A DNA stretch of 64,000 nucleotides from Microcoleaceae cyanobacterium (lineage in GTDB: Bacteria; Cyanobacteriota; Cyanobacteriia; Cyanobacteriales; Microcoleaceae). This document shows positions 1 to 9,453 of the stretch, piece after piece. The first letter of the stretch is position 1, and every line of letters begins with the position of its first letter. Location: the NCBI GenBank assembly GCA_051652765.1, contig JBOFUV010000036.1, forward strand, positions 11,253 through 75,252, written 5' to 3'. The position numbers were made by a program, and so were the translations under genes. The notes under the pieces are model-generated. The model saw only the letters and a list, made by a program, of their open reading frames with translations. It did not search any database and was not told the DNA's origin.

Positions 1-166
1 CGGTCACGCACACGCCAGAGGTGATCGTAAACAGAGCGGTAACCACTTCATTCCCAAATCCTGCCCAAACCGCCGCCTCACTTCTGGAGAAAGGCATCAG
101 CAATAAAATTGTCCCGGCTGTAATCACAGCTAAAAACCCAAGGCAGACAGTTTGGGCTACAGTCAT
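1..166 (-). CDS. ktrB: TrkH/KtrB-family potassium uptake membrane subunit, 5' part (runs off window start)
   Basis: Manual translation from ATG at 166: MTVAQTVCLGFLAVITAGTILLLMPFS...ALFTITSGVCVT, matching the KtrB/NtpJ N-terminus and first pore-loop motif. An in-frame GTG at 208 is an alternative start. Confidence 0.85.
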   Translation of the reverse strand, partial: MTVAQTVCLGFLAVITAGTILLLMPFSRSEAAVWAGFGNEVVTALFTITSGVCVT

Positions 167-343
167 CTGTCGTTGACGTTTGAACTTAGGAGGATCGGAT
201 GAGTCCACAATATTGCCTTAATAGGTATTCTGAGAGAATTATTCTGAGATTATTGATTCTGAGACTATTCTAGAGGTTCAGTGTGCAGGAGATTCTCAGG
301 ATCTGTAAAATTTCAAGGGATTCCCATCGCGTAAATTGCAACC

Positions 344-1213
344 ATGAATTCAGTTCTGTATCAACAAATTCAACACCTCTATGATTCTTCCTCTGGCCTG
401 TGGGAACAGATTTGGGGAGAACACATGCATCATGGATATTATGGCGCAGATGGAACTGTCAATAAAGAACGCCGCCAAGCTCAAATTGACCTAATCGAAG
501 AATTCTTAACCTGGGGTCTGGCAGGTCAGAACAGTATCACCCCTGAATTCTCTCAAATTCTGGATGTCGGTTGTGGGATTGGCGGGAGCACCCTGTATCT
601 AGCCGAGAAGTTCATGGCAAGGGCGACTGGGATTACCTTGAGTTCAGTCCAGGCGAAACGAGCGACCGAACGGATTGCCGCCGCAGGCTTGCAACCACAG
701 GTGAACGTTCAGGTGGCAGATGCCTTACAAATGCCATTTGCAGACAACGCCTTTGACCTCGTTTGGTCATTGGAAAGCGGGGAACATATGCCGAACAAGA
801 TTCGGTTTTTGCAGGAATGCTATCGGGTGTTAAAACCGGGGGGTTTGCTGCTAATGGCGACTTGGTGTCATCGTCCCGTTGGTGGGGGTGCAAAACAGTT
901 AACCGAGGCAGAGCGCAAACATCTAGCAGAAATTTACCGAGTTTATGCGTTGCCCTATGTGATTTCTTTGCCGGAGTATGAAGACATTGCCACCCGCGTT
1001 GGGTTTCAAGAGATTCAAACCGCAGACTGGTCAACGGCAGTGGCCCCCTTCTGGACAGTGGTGATAGATTCTACTTTTCGGCTTGAATCTATTATTGGGC
1101 TGCTCTCCAGCGGCTGGACAACCATCCAAGCGGCTTTATCCTTGGGACTCATGAGTCGCGGTTACCAAACTGGATTGATTCGATTTGGGCTGTTGCATGG
1201 GATGAAACCCTAA
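344..1213 (+). CDS. Gamma-tocopherol methyltransferase-like SAM-dependent methyltransferase
   Basis: YDxSSGLWEQIWGEHMHHGYY, ILDVGCGIGGS, FDLVWSLESGEHMP motifs typical of gamma-TMT/VTE4. Confidence 0.85.
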   Translation: MNSVLYQQIQHLYDSSSGLWEQIWGEHMHHGYYGADGTVNKERRQAQIDLIEEFLTWGLAGQNSITPEFSQILDVGCGIGGSTLYLAEKFMARATGITLSSVQAKRATERIAAAGLQPQVNVQVADALQMPFADNAFDLVWSLESGEHMPNKIRFLQECYRVLKPGGLLLMATWCHRPVGGGAKQLTEAERKHLAEIYRVYALPYVISLPEYEDIATRVGFQEIQTADWSTAVAPFWTVVIDSTFRLESIIGLLSSGWTTIQAALSLGLMSRGYQTGLIRFGLLHGMKP

Positions 1214-1701
1214 ACATTTTTCCTCATCTCATAATCATCCATGACAAACCCATTACCAATATCTTGAACCAGAGCACGAACAATTTGAAACCCAAATTGT
1301 TCGTAGGCTTTGATAGAACTGTAATTGATTTTGTTAACAGTTAAGCTAATACAGTTCAAATGATGATCTCTGGTTATCTTTTCTAAAAAACCTATCGTCA
1401 ATCTGCCAATCCCTTGACCTCGCATCGTAGATTTGACATAGATTTTACTCAGGAAAAGCGATGAATCACGCACTTGGAAAGCCAGGTAACCGATAGCAAT
1501 CTGTCCCAGGGTAATCAGGTAATACTCAGCCCCATTGGTAACCTGCTCCATGATTGCTGCCGCTGATTGAAATTTGGCCAACATGTACTCAACTTGAGCC
1601 GTGCCAATCATGGCAGTGTAGTGTTCTCGCCAGATTTCATCTGCTAACCCAGCGATGACTTGATAGCTGTTTAGATCCGAAGCTTTCACCATCTCAATCA
1701 T
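1210..1701 (-). CDS. GNAT family N-acetyltransferase
   Basis: LFLSKIYV, RGQGIG acetyl-CoA motif, LTVNKxN...AYExFGF...DIGNGFVMDDY. Start set at ATG 1701 because the ORF extension to 1740 is a tandem repeat. Confidence 0.85.
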   Translation of the reverse strand: MIEMVKASDLNSYQVIAGLADEIWREHYTAMIGTAQVEYMLAKFQSAAAIMEQVTNGAEYYLITLGQIAIGYLAFQVRDSSLFLSKIYVKSTMRGQGIGRLTIGFLEKITRDHHLNCISLTVNKINYSSIKAYEQFGFQIVRALVQDIGNGFVMDDYEMRKNV

Positions 1702-1704
1702 AGG

Positions 1705-1749
1705 GATTTGCCATAAAGACTTGCCATAAAGATTTGCCATAAAGATTTG
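1705..1749. repeat. 13-bp tandem repeat GA(T/C)TTGCCATAAA x3.5
   Basis: Read directly from the sequence. Confidence 0.9.
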
Positions 1750-1860
1750 ACTTTTTAAGGTTGTGGATTGAATCCTATTGGATGACAGTCCTGGCTATTT
1801 CAGTTTGGATGCTGAACGGTTTAACACAGCTCAGTTTGCCGGTCACTAAATCAAACTTGA

Positions 1861-3492
1861 TCAAACTTTATGAAATTGACCCACAACTAAAGGTTCATCT
1901 TGATTTTTTTGCGCTTGCAACAACAAACCATACTCCAACCCTTCCACAATGGCTTGATAGGATGCATCCAAAATATTGGTAGACACGCCAACGGTTGTCC
2001 AGCGTTGATGCCCATTGCTGGACTCGACTAAGACACGGGTTTTGGCTAGGGTTCCATCTCGTCCATCCAGAATCCGAACTTTATAATCCGTCAGGTGAAA
2101 CTCAGCGATCGCCGGATAAAAGTTGGTCAATGCCTTTCTCAAAGCCAGGTCTAGGGCAGAAACAGGGCCATTTCCCTCGGCTGCTGCAAGAATTTCTTCT
2201 CCATTCACCTTCACTTTCACCGTTGCCAGGGAGTTACTCCCCTGTGCCGTTGCTTTTTGGCACTGAACCTGAAAGCCTTGAATTTCAAAAAAATCTTGGC
2301 GAGTGTCCAAGGTCTCGCGCATCAGCAGTTCAAAGCTAGCTTCAGCCGCTTCAAATTGGTAGCCTTCGTGTTCTAGTTCTTTGAGTTGCTGTAGTAGTTT
2401 GCGACTGGCGGGGTCGTTGCGATCCAGTTCCAGACCAAAGCTGCGCGCCTTGACTAACACATTGCTCAAGCCAGACTGCTCTGAAATCACAATTCGGCGC
2501 TTATTCCCCACCAGTTCTGGCTGAATGTGTTCGTAGGTTAACGGATTGCGTTCTACGGCTGAAACGTGAATCCCGCCCTTGTGGGCAAAGGCGGACAAGC
2601 CCACGTAAGGCGCGTGTTCATCGGGGGCCAGATTGACAATTTCGCTGATGAATCGACTGGATTCTGCTAATTGGGCCAATTGATCGCCAATACAGCCATA
2701 GCCTAACTTCAGTTGTAGATTGGGAATCAGGGTACAGAGATTAGCGTTGCCACACCGTTCTCCATAGCCGTTAACAGTTCCCTGCACCATTCGGGCTCCC
2801 TGCATCACAGCAGCCAAGGCATTGGCAACTGCAGTTCCAGCGTCGTTGTGGGTATGAATTCCCAGTTGGGGAACTGGGGAGAGTTGCCAAGTGAAAATTG
2901 CCTGGTGAACTGCTTGCACCACTTCCGTAACCTCATGGGGCAAGGTTCCACCATTGGTATCACAGAGAACCAGCCATTCCGCTCCAGCACGGGCCGCTGC
3001 TTCCAAGCTTTTCAGGGCATATTTGGGATTGCATTTGTAGCCGTCAAACCAGTGTTCGGCATCATAAATCACTCGTCGTTCTTGAGAACCCAGGTACTCG
3101 ATTGAGTCCTGAATCATGGCTAGGTTTTCATCCAGGCTCGTTTTCAAGCTTTCGGTCACATGTAAGTCCCAGGATTTACCAAAAATTGTGACCCAGCGAG
3201 TTCCGGCAGAGAGAATGGCTTGCAAGGTTTGATCCTCTGCTGCCTTCAGATTGGGTCGTCGTGTGGAGCAAAAGGCAACGACCTCAGCCTGTTTCAGCGG
3301 TTCTTCTTGCAACCGCCAGAAAAATTGTACATCCTTGGGATTTGCCCCTGGCCAACCCCCCTCAATGAAAGGAATTCCCAATTCGTCGAGCCGATGAGCA
3401 ATTCGCAACTTATCTTCCAAGGAAAGCGATAATCCTTCCCGTTGAGCACCATCTCTCAGGGTTGTGTCATAGATCCAAATTGGGTGGGTCAT
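1861..3492 (-). CDS. cimA: Citramalate synthase (LeuA/CimA family)
   Basis: YDTTLRDGAQREG, IEGGWPGANPKD, YDAEHWFDG, HTHND, GYGERCGNANL, HKGGIHVSA and a C-terminal regulatory domain. Confidence 0.92.
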   Translation of the reverse strand: MTHPIWIYDTTLRDGAQREGLSLSLEDKLRIAHRLDELGIPFIEGGWPGANPKDVQFFWRLQEEPLKQAEVVAFCSTRRPNLKAAEDQTLQAILSAGTRWVTIFGKSWDLHVTESLKTSLDENLAMIQDSIEYLGSQERRVIYDAEHWFDGYKCNPKYALKSLEAAARAGAEWLVLCDTNGGTLPHEVTEVVQAVHQAIFTWQLSPVPQLGIHTHNDAGTAVANALAAVMQGARMVQGTVNGYGERCGNANLCTLIPNLQLKLGYGCIGDQLAQLAESSRFISEIVNLAPDEHAPYVGLSAFAHKGGIHVSAVERNPLTYEHIQPELVGNKRRIVISEQSGLSNVLVKARSFGLELDRNDPASRKLLQQLKELEHEGYQFEAAEASFELLMRETLDTRQDFFEIQGFQVQCQKATAQGSNSLATVKVKVNGEEILAAAEGNGPVSALDLALRKALTNFYPAIAEFHLTDYKVRILDGRDGTLAKTRVLVESSNGHQRWTTVGVSTNILDASYQAIVEGLEYGLLLQAQKNQDEPLVVGQFHKV

Positions 3493-3536
3493 GGGTCATT
3501 TCTGGGTCGGGGTTAACAGACTGAAGTTAATGACGA

Positions 3537-3649
3537 ATAGCAATCCTAAATCAATCAGGGGAGATCTTAAGAGAGGGGTTTGGGGACGAAATCCCCCAGG
3601 AGGAGGCAACGCCCCCTACCCCTTCTCACAACTCATTTGAGATTGCTAT
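3537..3649. mobile_element. MITE-like element (~113 bp) with imperfect terminal inverted repeats and an internal G/C-run palindromic segment
   Basis: Left end ATAGCAATCCTAAATCAAT and right end ACTCATTTGAGATTGCTAT are 15/19 complementary. Internal GGGGTTTGGGGAC...CCCCCTACCCC. Confidence 0.65.
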
Positions 3650-3881
3650 ATCTAATTGCTATATCTAGTTGATATTGAGTGATGAGTCCCAAATCTCAGG
3701 ATTTGAATTCTAGAGGTTATGGGGATTGAAACATTATTAGAAATTATAGAAGCTGTGAGGCCACCCTGATCCAACACTCCCAGACTGCCCTCAGACAAAA
3801 ATCAGCCTGCCTTGCCCCGATCCTCTCGTCGCCAGACATGATCGCGAATTGGATGGTCGCGAGGTGAACGGTCGTGAATGA

Positions 3882-3910
3882 TTGACGAATATAATACAAC
3901 AAACTACAAT
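3882..3910 (+). promoter_or_regulatory. Sigma70-type promoter upstream of rtcB
   Basis: TTGACG-N17-TACAAT, 23 bp upstream of the rtcB ATG. Confidence 0.7.
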
Positions 3911-3933
3911 ACAACTACATTCGTCTTACAGCT

Positions 3934-5115
3934 ATGCCGTACGAAACATTAAACATATCAACCCCTAAGCCAATTCTTTCTTGGGCCAATCACGGGTTGG
4001 CGGCTCAAGAAACTCAAATGGCAAAAAATGTTGCCTCTCTACCGTTTGTCTTCAAACATGTTGCTCTCATGCCAGACGTTCATCTGGGCATAGGAGCATT
4101 AGTGGGTTCTGTGGTGGCAACTCAAGATGCGATTATTCCGGCTGCCATCGGTGTAGATATTGGCTGCGGCATGGGTGCTATAAAAACCCCATTTACAGCC
4201 GATCAACTTGAGGGAAAGCTAAAGAAAATTCGCCAGGAAATTGAAGCCACTATTCCAGTCGGATTTAATGAAAACAAAGATGCTGAAAGATCCGTGAGTA
4301 ACTGGCAAGGCTGGAGGCAGTTTAAGGAATTGCATCCGGGGGTACAAACCCTAGAGATCAAAGCTATGAAGCAGTTGGGTTCTTTGGGGGGAGGAAACCA
4401 CTTTATTGAACTCTGCATTGATACTGAGAATTCGGTCTGGCTGATGCTTCATTCTGGCTCCCGACATATTGGGAATATGCTGGCAAAACACCATATTAAT
4501 ACCGCAAAAAACTTGGCAAAACTTGCAGAAAATCGATTACCCGATCCAGATTTAGCTTACTTCGTCGCAGGCACTCCAGAATTTACAAGTTACTGGCAAG
4601 ATTTACAATGGGCACAAGATTACGCTCGATTTAATCGGGATGTGATGATGGCACGATTCAAAAGAATTGTTGAGACTGCTGTTGCTGGAGGCAAACCCAC
4701 TAAGCCCTTGCTTGAGGTCAACTGTCATCACAACTATGCCGAAAAAGAGGTGCATTTTGGCGAAGAAGTGTATGTTACCCGCAAAGGAGCCGTTCGAGCC
4801 CAAGCATCAGACTACGGAATTATTCCTGGATCAATGGGAGCTAAATCTTTTATTGTCAAGGGGAAAGGCAACCCAGAAAGCTACTGTAGCTGTTCCCATG
4901 GAGCGGGACGGTTAATGTCTCGAAATAAGGCAAAAAATAGCTTTACGCTGGATGACTTGATCCAACAAACTCAAGGTGTTGAATGTCGCAAGGACGAGGG
5001 TGTTTTGGATGAGATTCCTGGTGCTTATAAACCAATTGATCAGGTCATGGAACACCAAACTGATTTGGTCGAAGTTGTGGCGACATTGAAGCAAGTGGTT
5101 TGTGTCAAAGGTTGA
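3934..5115 (+). CDS. rtcB: RtcB family RNA 3'-phosphate/5'-OH ligase
   Basis: MPDVH, GVDIGCG, GSLGGGNHFIE, HSGSR, CHHNY, HGAGR, DEIPGAYK motifs. Confidence 0.93.
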   Translation: MPYETLNISTPKPILSWANHGLAAQETQMAKNVASLPFVFKHVALMPDVHLGIGALVGSVVATQDAIIPAAIGVDIGCGMGAIKTPFTADQLEGKLKKIRQEIEATIPVGFNENKDAERSVSNWQGWRQFKELHPGVQTLEIKAMKQLGSLGGGNHFIELCIDTENSVWLMLHSGSRHIGNMLAKHHINTAKNLAKLAENRLPDPDLAYFVAGTPEFTSYWQDLQWAQDYARFNRDVMMARFKRIVETAVAGGKPTKPLLEVNCHHNYAEKEVHFGEEVYVTRKGAVRAQASDYGIIPGSMGAKSFIVKGKGNPESYCSCSHGAGRLMSRNKAKNSFTLDDLIQQTQGVECRKDEGVLDEIPGAYKPIDQVMEHQTDLVEVVATLKQVVCVKG

Positions 5116-5168
5116 TTCTGCAAGAATTTAACCCCTTAGCTGCTGCTTTATGACTCTGAAGCAACAAT

Positions 5169-5405
5169 TTGAGCCTAACCATTGTTGGTTTAGAGTGTCT
5201 TCCGGGGGTTGCACGTCGGCTGTTTCACTGCCGTGATCTCGGGGAACCATCTGAGTTTCTCACCTGGTTTGAATTCGCACCGGAGCATACCAAGGCTTTC
5301 GATGAACTACTGGTACGGATGCGGGCGAGGAAAGAATGGGAGTATGTGGAGCGCGAGGTTGAGGTTCGTCTAGAGCGTGATGACCTCGCCATCGGTGATG
5401 ATTGA
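5169..5405 (+). pseudogene. 5'-truncated chlorite dismutase-family (short Cld-like) fragment
   Basis: LPGVARRLFHCRDLGEPSEFLTWFEFAP...FDELLxRMRxxxEWxYVERE resembles the C-terminus of short Cld-family proteins. No N-terminal half and no convincing start. Confidence 0.6.
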
Positions 5406-5708
5406 TTAGATATCTGTGGCGTAGGCTCGAAGCCTGCACGGTCAAGATGCCTACTTCACGATCACGTTTCAGATCAGATTGCTATGGTATCTGAAGCAGA
5501 TAAGATGCACCTCTCTGAATCCTAGGGATTCATTTCAGGGATTTATTTAATTGATCACAACGGCTGAATTCATCTTGGTGCAAGGCACATCAGGATCTTT
5601 GAGGGAGTCTCTTTCCATATCAATTAATTTAATTTATAGCAATCGTAACTTTTTATTAAAAGTAAGTTATATTGTATCTGTCTACACAAAACTAAACCAG
5701 GTAAACGC

Positions 5709-6110
5709 ATGACTGACATAGTTGATACCGCCGTTAATGCTGGTTCTTTTACTACTTTAGTTGCCGCAGTTAAAGCTGCAGGACTAGTAGAGACCCTTAA
5801 AGGTGCAGGCCCATTCACCGTCTTCGCTCCTACTGACGAAGCATTTGCCAAACTTCCAGCAGGTACTGTTGAAGGCTTGCTTAAAGATCTTCCCAAGCTC
5901 AAGCAAATTTTGACCTACCACGTTGTCGCTGGCAAGGTGATGGCATCTGATGTTGTTAAATTGAAATCAGCAAAGACAGTTGAAGGTTCAGATATAAAAA
6001 TTGATGCCTCCAATGGTGTAAAGGTGAACGATTCTACAGTGACAACACCTGATGTTGCTGCTGACAATGGCGTTATTCACATCATCGATACAGTATTGCT
6101 TCCTGCATAA
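5709..6110 (+). CDS. Fasciclin (FAS1) domain protein
   Basis: [61 protein letters not shown]. Confidence 0.95.
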   Translation: MTDIVDTAVNAGSFTTLVAAVKAAGLVETLKGAGPFTVFAPTDEAFAKLPAGTVEGLLKDLPKLKQILTYHVVAGKVMASDVVKLKSAKTVEGSDIKIDASNGVKVNDSTVTTPDVAADNGVIHIIDTVLLPA

Positions 6111-6246
6111 GCCAATACGTAAATAGCGTTACTGATTGATAGAATGCTTCTGGTGCGGGTTTCTAGCTTGCTTAAGCAAGATTGCCCACACTATGTTCAT
6201 CCTCAGATTAGGTTGTTATAGCCCTGAAATTTAATCAGTGAATGTG

Positions 6247-6278
6247 AGGCAGTAGTGTTAAGAAGCTACTGCCTTTTT
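6247..6278 (+). terminator. Intrinsic terminator after the fasciclin gene
   Basis: AGGCAGTAG-loop-CTACTGCCT followed by TTTT. Confidence 0.7.
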
Positions 6279-6314
6279 GCTGTCGGAGTGAGGTAGCCTA
6301 CCCTGCATGGATAC

Positions 6315-7163
6315 TCACTGAACTTCTACCGAAAATTCGTACTCATACCCTCGGAAGTTGGAATCCAACTCAATCGTATATTCTCCACTCAGGGGAACTT
6401 GTCCTGTCCATTCAGTTTGTTTCCCCGGAGGCCCTGATACCTCATTCAAAGATTGACCATCCGGCGTGACAATGCGGGGAAACACGGCCTGATAACTTTC
6501 GACTGTTAAGGTTTGTCCCGCCTTTGCCTCTACAGTGTAACGATGGCTGCCTCCACCAATAATCTGACCCTTCACTAACGCTGAATGACCTCCCGGCAAA
6601 AACTGGATCGGCTGCTCCATGTTAGTACAACTGCTGCGGGTACGGTTTTTGGCAATCCAACCTTTTACAGGACTGTTAATCTGTAACCACCCGTCTTTTT
6701 CCTGTTCAATCGATACAAAAGTCTGGTTTTCGAGCTGACCCACAATGTTGCTGTCAGAGACTTTGGGCTCAGATCGAACGTTCAGGGGGGGTTCAGGATC
6801 ATCCACAACAGCCATACTGATACGACATCCTTCTGCCATAGGCCGAATCACTACGGGACTGGCGGTAGAGGCAGGAGAGACTTCAGGGGAATTGGGAGCA
6901 GCCGGAGGACGGGGAGATGGAGGAGAAGAACTTGTTGATTCAGAGGGCCTAGAGGAAGGCACGACTGGACTGGGATCAGGCGTTTTAGGTTTGGTCTGAG
7001 GTTCGGTTTTGGGTTGGGAGGGGGATGCCTGAGAAGAGACCTGAGCAATTGGCTCGGGTTCAGGCTGAGAGGAACGAGATTGGATCGTTGTATAGGCTAC
7101 TGCTACTGCTGTGGTCACCCCAGCCACCCCAGCAATAACCCATTGGTTTGGTTTGAAGGACAT
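6315..7163 (-). CDS. Exported protein with Pro/Ser linker, bacterial SH3 domain and C-terminal PPC-like beta domain
   Basis: N-terminal hydrophobic segment; DPEPPLNVRSEP...IVGQL...GWLQI..PVKGWI (SH3_3-like); YTVEAKAGQTLTV...LSGEYTIEL. Confidence 0.7.
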   Translation of the reverse strand: MSFKPNQWVIAGVAGVTTAVAVAYTTIQSRSSQPEPEPIAQVSSQASPSQPKTEPQTKPKTPDPSPVVPSSRPSESTSSSPPSPRPPAAPNSPEVSPASTASPVVIRPMAEGCRISMAVVDDPEPPLNVRSEPKVSDSNIVGQLENQTFVSIEQEKDGWLQINSPVKGWIAKNRTRSSCTNMEQPIQFLPGGHSALVKGQIIGGGSHRYTVEAKAGQTLTVESYQAVFPRIVTPDGQSLNEVSGPPGKQTEWTGQVPLSGEYTIELDSNFRGYEYEFSVEVQ

Positions 7164-7196
7164 AATCACTTACCTGCTGTTCTGCTATAGAAATGT

Positions 7197-7240
7197 TTGA
7201 CAAGACTGCTTGACAAGACTGCTTGACAAGAATATTTGAC
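7197..7240. repeat. 13-bp tandem repeat TTGACAAGACTGC x3+
   Basis: Read directly; each full unit starts with TTGACA. Confidence 0.9.
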
Positions 7241-7898
7241 GGAAATACTATAACAATCTGATTGGAAGCATGAACGTGGAGTGGGAATCTTGACCGCACA
7301 TACTAGAAGTTTGCACCACAGACATTCCATGAATTATGACTGATTGCTATAGATCAATGACAGTTCGGAAAATAATCTCTGTTTAAACGTTACGAGATTA
7401 GGGTTTAGTATTCCGGATTGTTCTTCAAAAACTTAGCTTACAGCAATTTTTAGATGAATACATCTCTAATGAAGGGGAAGTCGGAGTCGGGAATAGAGAC
7501 TAAACAAGCAAAAACAACTGTATCAAAAGTTAATTGAGTTATTAGCCGGGAAGTTCCTTGAATTGCCAGTAAGCACTGATATCGAATCCGTTTGATTATT
7601 CTGTTTGATGAATTAGGTATATCCACCCTGGGTATACCCTGAAAGGGATGAAAATGCTTGCCACTTGGCTAATCCGGGGTCAACTTGTGGGCAATGGAGA
7701 ATGCCAATTGACAAATCTCAAGCAGGATCTGAGGAAACCCAAACCCTATCGTTCACAATTGTTTAGGAGGATGTTACCCGCAAGACTTACTAGCGAGATT
7801 TCCTAGGAATATACTAGTTACTACATCTAGTTACTACATAAAGGATATCCTGTAGCTAATTTCTCGAAAAGCATCTTAATTCACCTCAGAGCGTTTCT

Positions 7899-9347
7899 AT
7901 GCCAAAGCCCATTTCTGATCAGGTTCATCGACAGCAACGGAGTCGGCTCTTGAACCAGATCAAGTGCCAAGTTCAGCAGCATCGGATGCAGTCTCTCCAT
8001 CGAACAGTTCTAACTGAGCTGGTTCAGGAAACTCCACCCCTGCGAATCCGTCGCACTTGGGACATTGAAGCAAAAGTGGGGAATCGCCCTAGCTTTCGGC
8101 TCAAGGCGGATGGAGGGATTCTTCCGATTTTTGATCGGATTGGGGGCAAGCTGCTGATATTAGGAGCCACGGGTTCAGGTAAAACAACAACTCTCATGGG
8201 ATTGACCAAGGCTCTAGTCAGTCGAGCCCTCATTGATCGGGAAGAGCCCATCCCTGTATTACTCAACCTGAACACTTGGTCGAAGGATCAACCCATTGCG
8301 AACTGGATTGCAGAACAGCTTCAGGCGAAGTATGCGATTCCCCTTGAGATCAGTTGGCATTGGCTAAATGAGTTACAACTTTTACCTTTGCTGGATGGGT
8401 TTGATGAGGTAGAGCCGGGTTGGCGGGATCTGTGTTTGCAAAATATTAATGAACTCCTGATTGGGCATTTATGTCCGCTTCATCTGGTGGTTTGTAGTGA
8501 AACAGCCGCCTATAAAAGCTGTCAAAATCGCCTTCAACTCAATGGCGCAATCCTCCTGCGTCCCCTTTCTAAAAAACAGATTCGAGAGTATCTGATCAAG
8601 GCGAGAAGTCGAGAACTCTGGGTGAACATTGAAAGTGATCCTAACTTAATGAACCTGGCAAAAAAACCCTTGTTTCTGAGTTTAATGGCCTTAACCGTTG
8701 AGGAGTTACTGATTGCATCCTGGAAACGATTAGATTCTCTAGAAGAACAACGTCAGTATCTTTTTAATGCTTACATTCGTCGTCAGATCACCCAAAATCG
8801 TGAGCCATTATTCTCAGGTCAAAACTTATCAAGTCAGAACTTATCAAGTCAGAACTTAGGTAAACAGAGTCTAGGCAAACGAAATGCAGCGCCATCTCCT
8901 GAGCAATCCCGTCAATGGCTGTCCTGGTTGGCAAAACAGTTGGAGTCTGAAAACCGGACTGAGTTTTCACCCTATGAAATTCCTGCCCATTGGTTACAAA
9001 CTTCTGATCAGGAAAAGACCTATTCTTTAGGGGTTAGGATTATTTCTGGGCTAGTTTGGTGGGGAATCGTGATTTGGATGGGGCTAGGGGCGATCGCCGG
9101 GTCAATGTTTGGCGTTTTATCAGGGGCGATCGCGGGGTTACTCTGGGCACTTCTTTCTAAGTTGTTGCCAGTTAATGACTGGATTGAGGGGTTTGTTCTG
9201 CGGAGTATCCTGTCTTCAAGCGGGTATCTTCCCTGGCAATATCGCCAGTTTCTCAACGGCACAACTCAACGATTAATTTTACAAAAAGTGGGGAATCGTT
9301 ATCAGTTTATTCATCGATTGTTACAACGACATTTTTCTCAATTATAG
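7899..9347 (+). CDS. NACHT-family (STAND) NTPase with C-terminal transmembrane segment
   Basis: Walker A LLILGATGSGKTT, PIPVLLNL, Walker B LPLLDGFDE, PLFLSLM, and the C-terminal GYLPWQYRQFL...LQKVGNRYQFIHRLLQRHF tail of cyanobacterial NACHT-TM proteins. Confidence 0.85.
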   Translation: MPKPISDQVHRQQRSRLLNQIKCQVQQHRMQSLHRTVLTELVQETPPLRIRRTWDIEAKVGNRPSFRLKADGGILPIFDRIGGKLLILGATGSGKTTTLMGLTKALVSRALIDREEPIPVLLNLNTWSKDQPIANWIAEQLQAKYAIPLEISWHWLNELQLLPLLDGFDEVEPGWRDLCLQNINELLIGHLCPLHLVVCSETAAYKSCQNRLQLNGAILLRPLSKKQIREYLIKARSRELWVNIESDPNLMNLAKKPLFLSLMALTVEELLIASWKRLDSLEEQRQYLFNAYIRRQITQNREPLFSGQNLSSQNLSSQNLGKQSLGKRNAAPSPEQSRQWLSWLAKQLESENRTEFSPYEIPAHWLQTSDQEKTYSLGVRIISGLVWWGIVIWMGLGAIAGSMFGVLSGAIAGLLWALLSKLLPVNDWIEGFVLRSILSSSGYLPWQYRQFLNGTTQRLILQKVGNRYQFIHRLLQRHFSQL

Positions 9348-9453
9348 AGTTACAGCAGCTTCTTAAAGGAATTGTAAAAGACGACTCTGATTTTTAAATT
9401 TTTAGCAAACTTAGTCAATTTCCCAGGAAATAATCGGGTTCTCTAAAGCACCC

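Noticed and set aside
7649..7819. 56-codon ORF upstream of the NACHT gene as a missing effector
   Set aside because: No recognisable motif or convincing RBS; cannot be supported.
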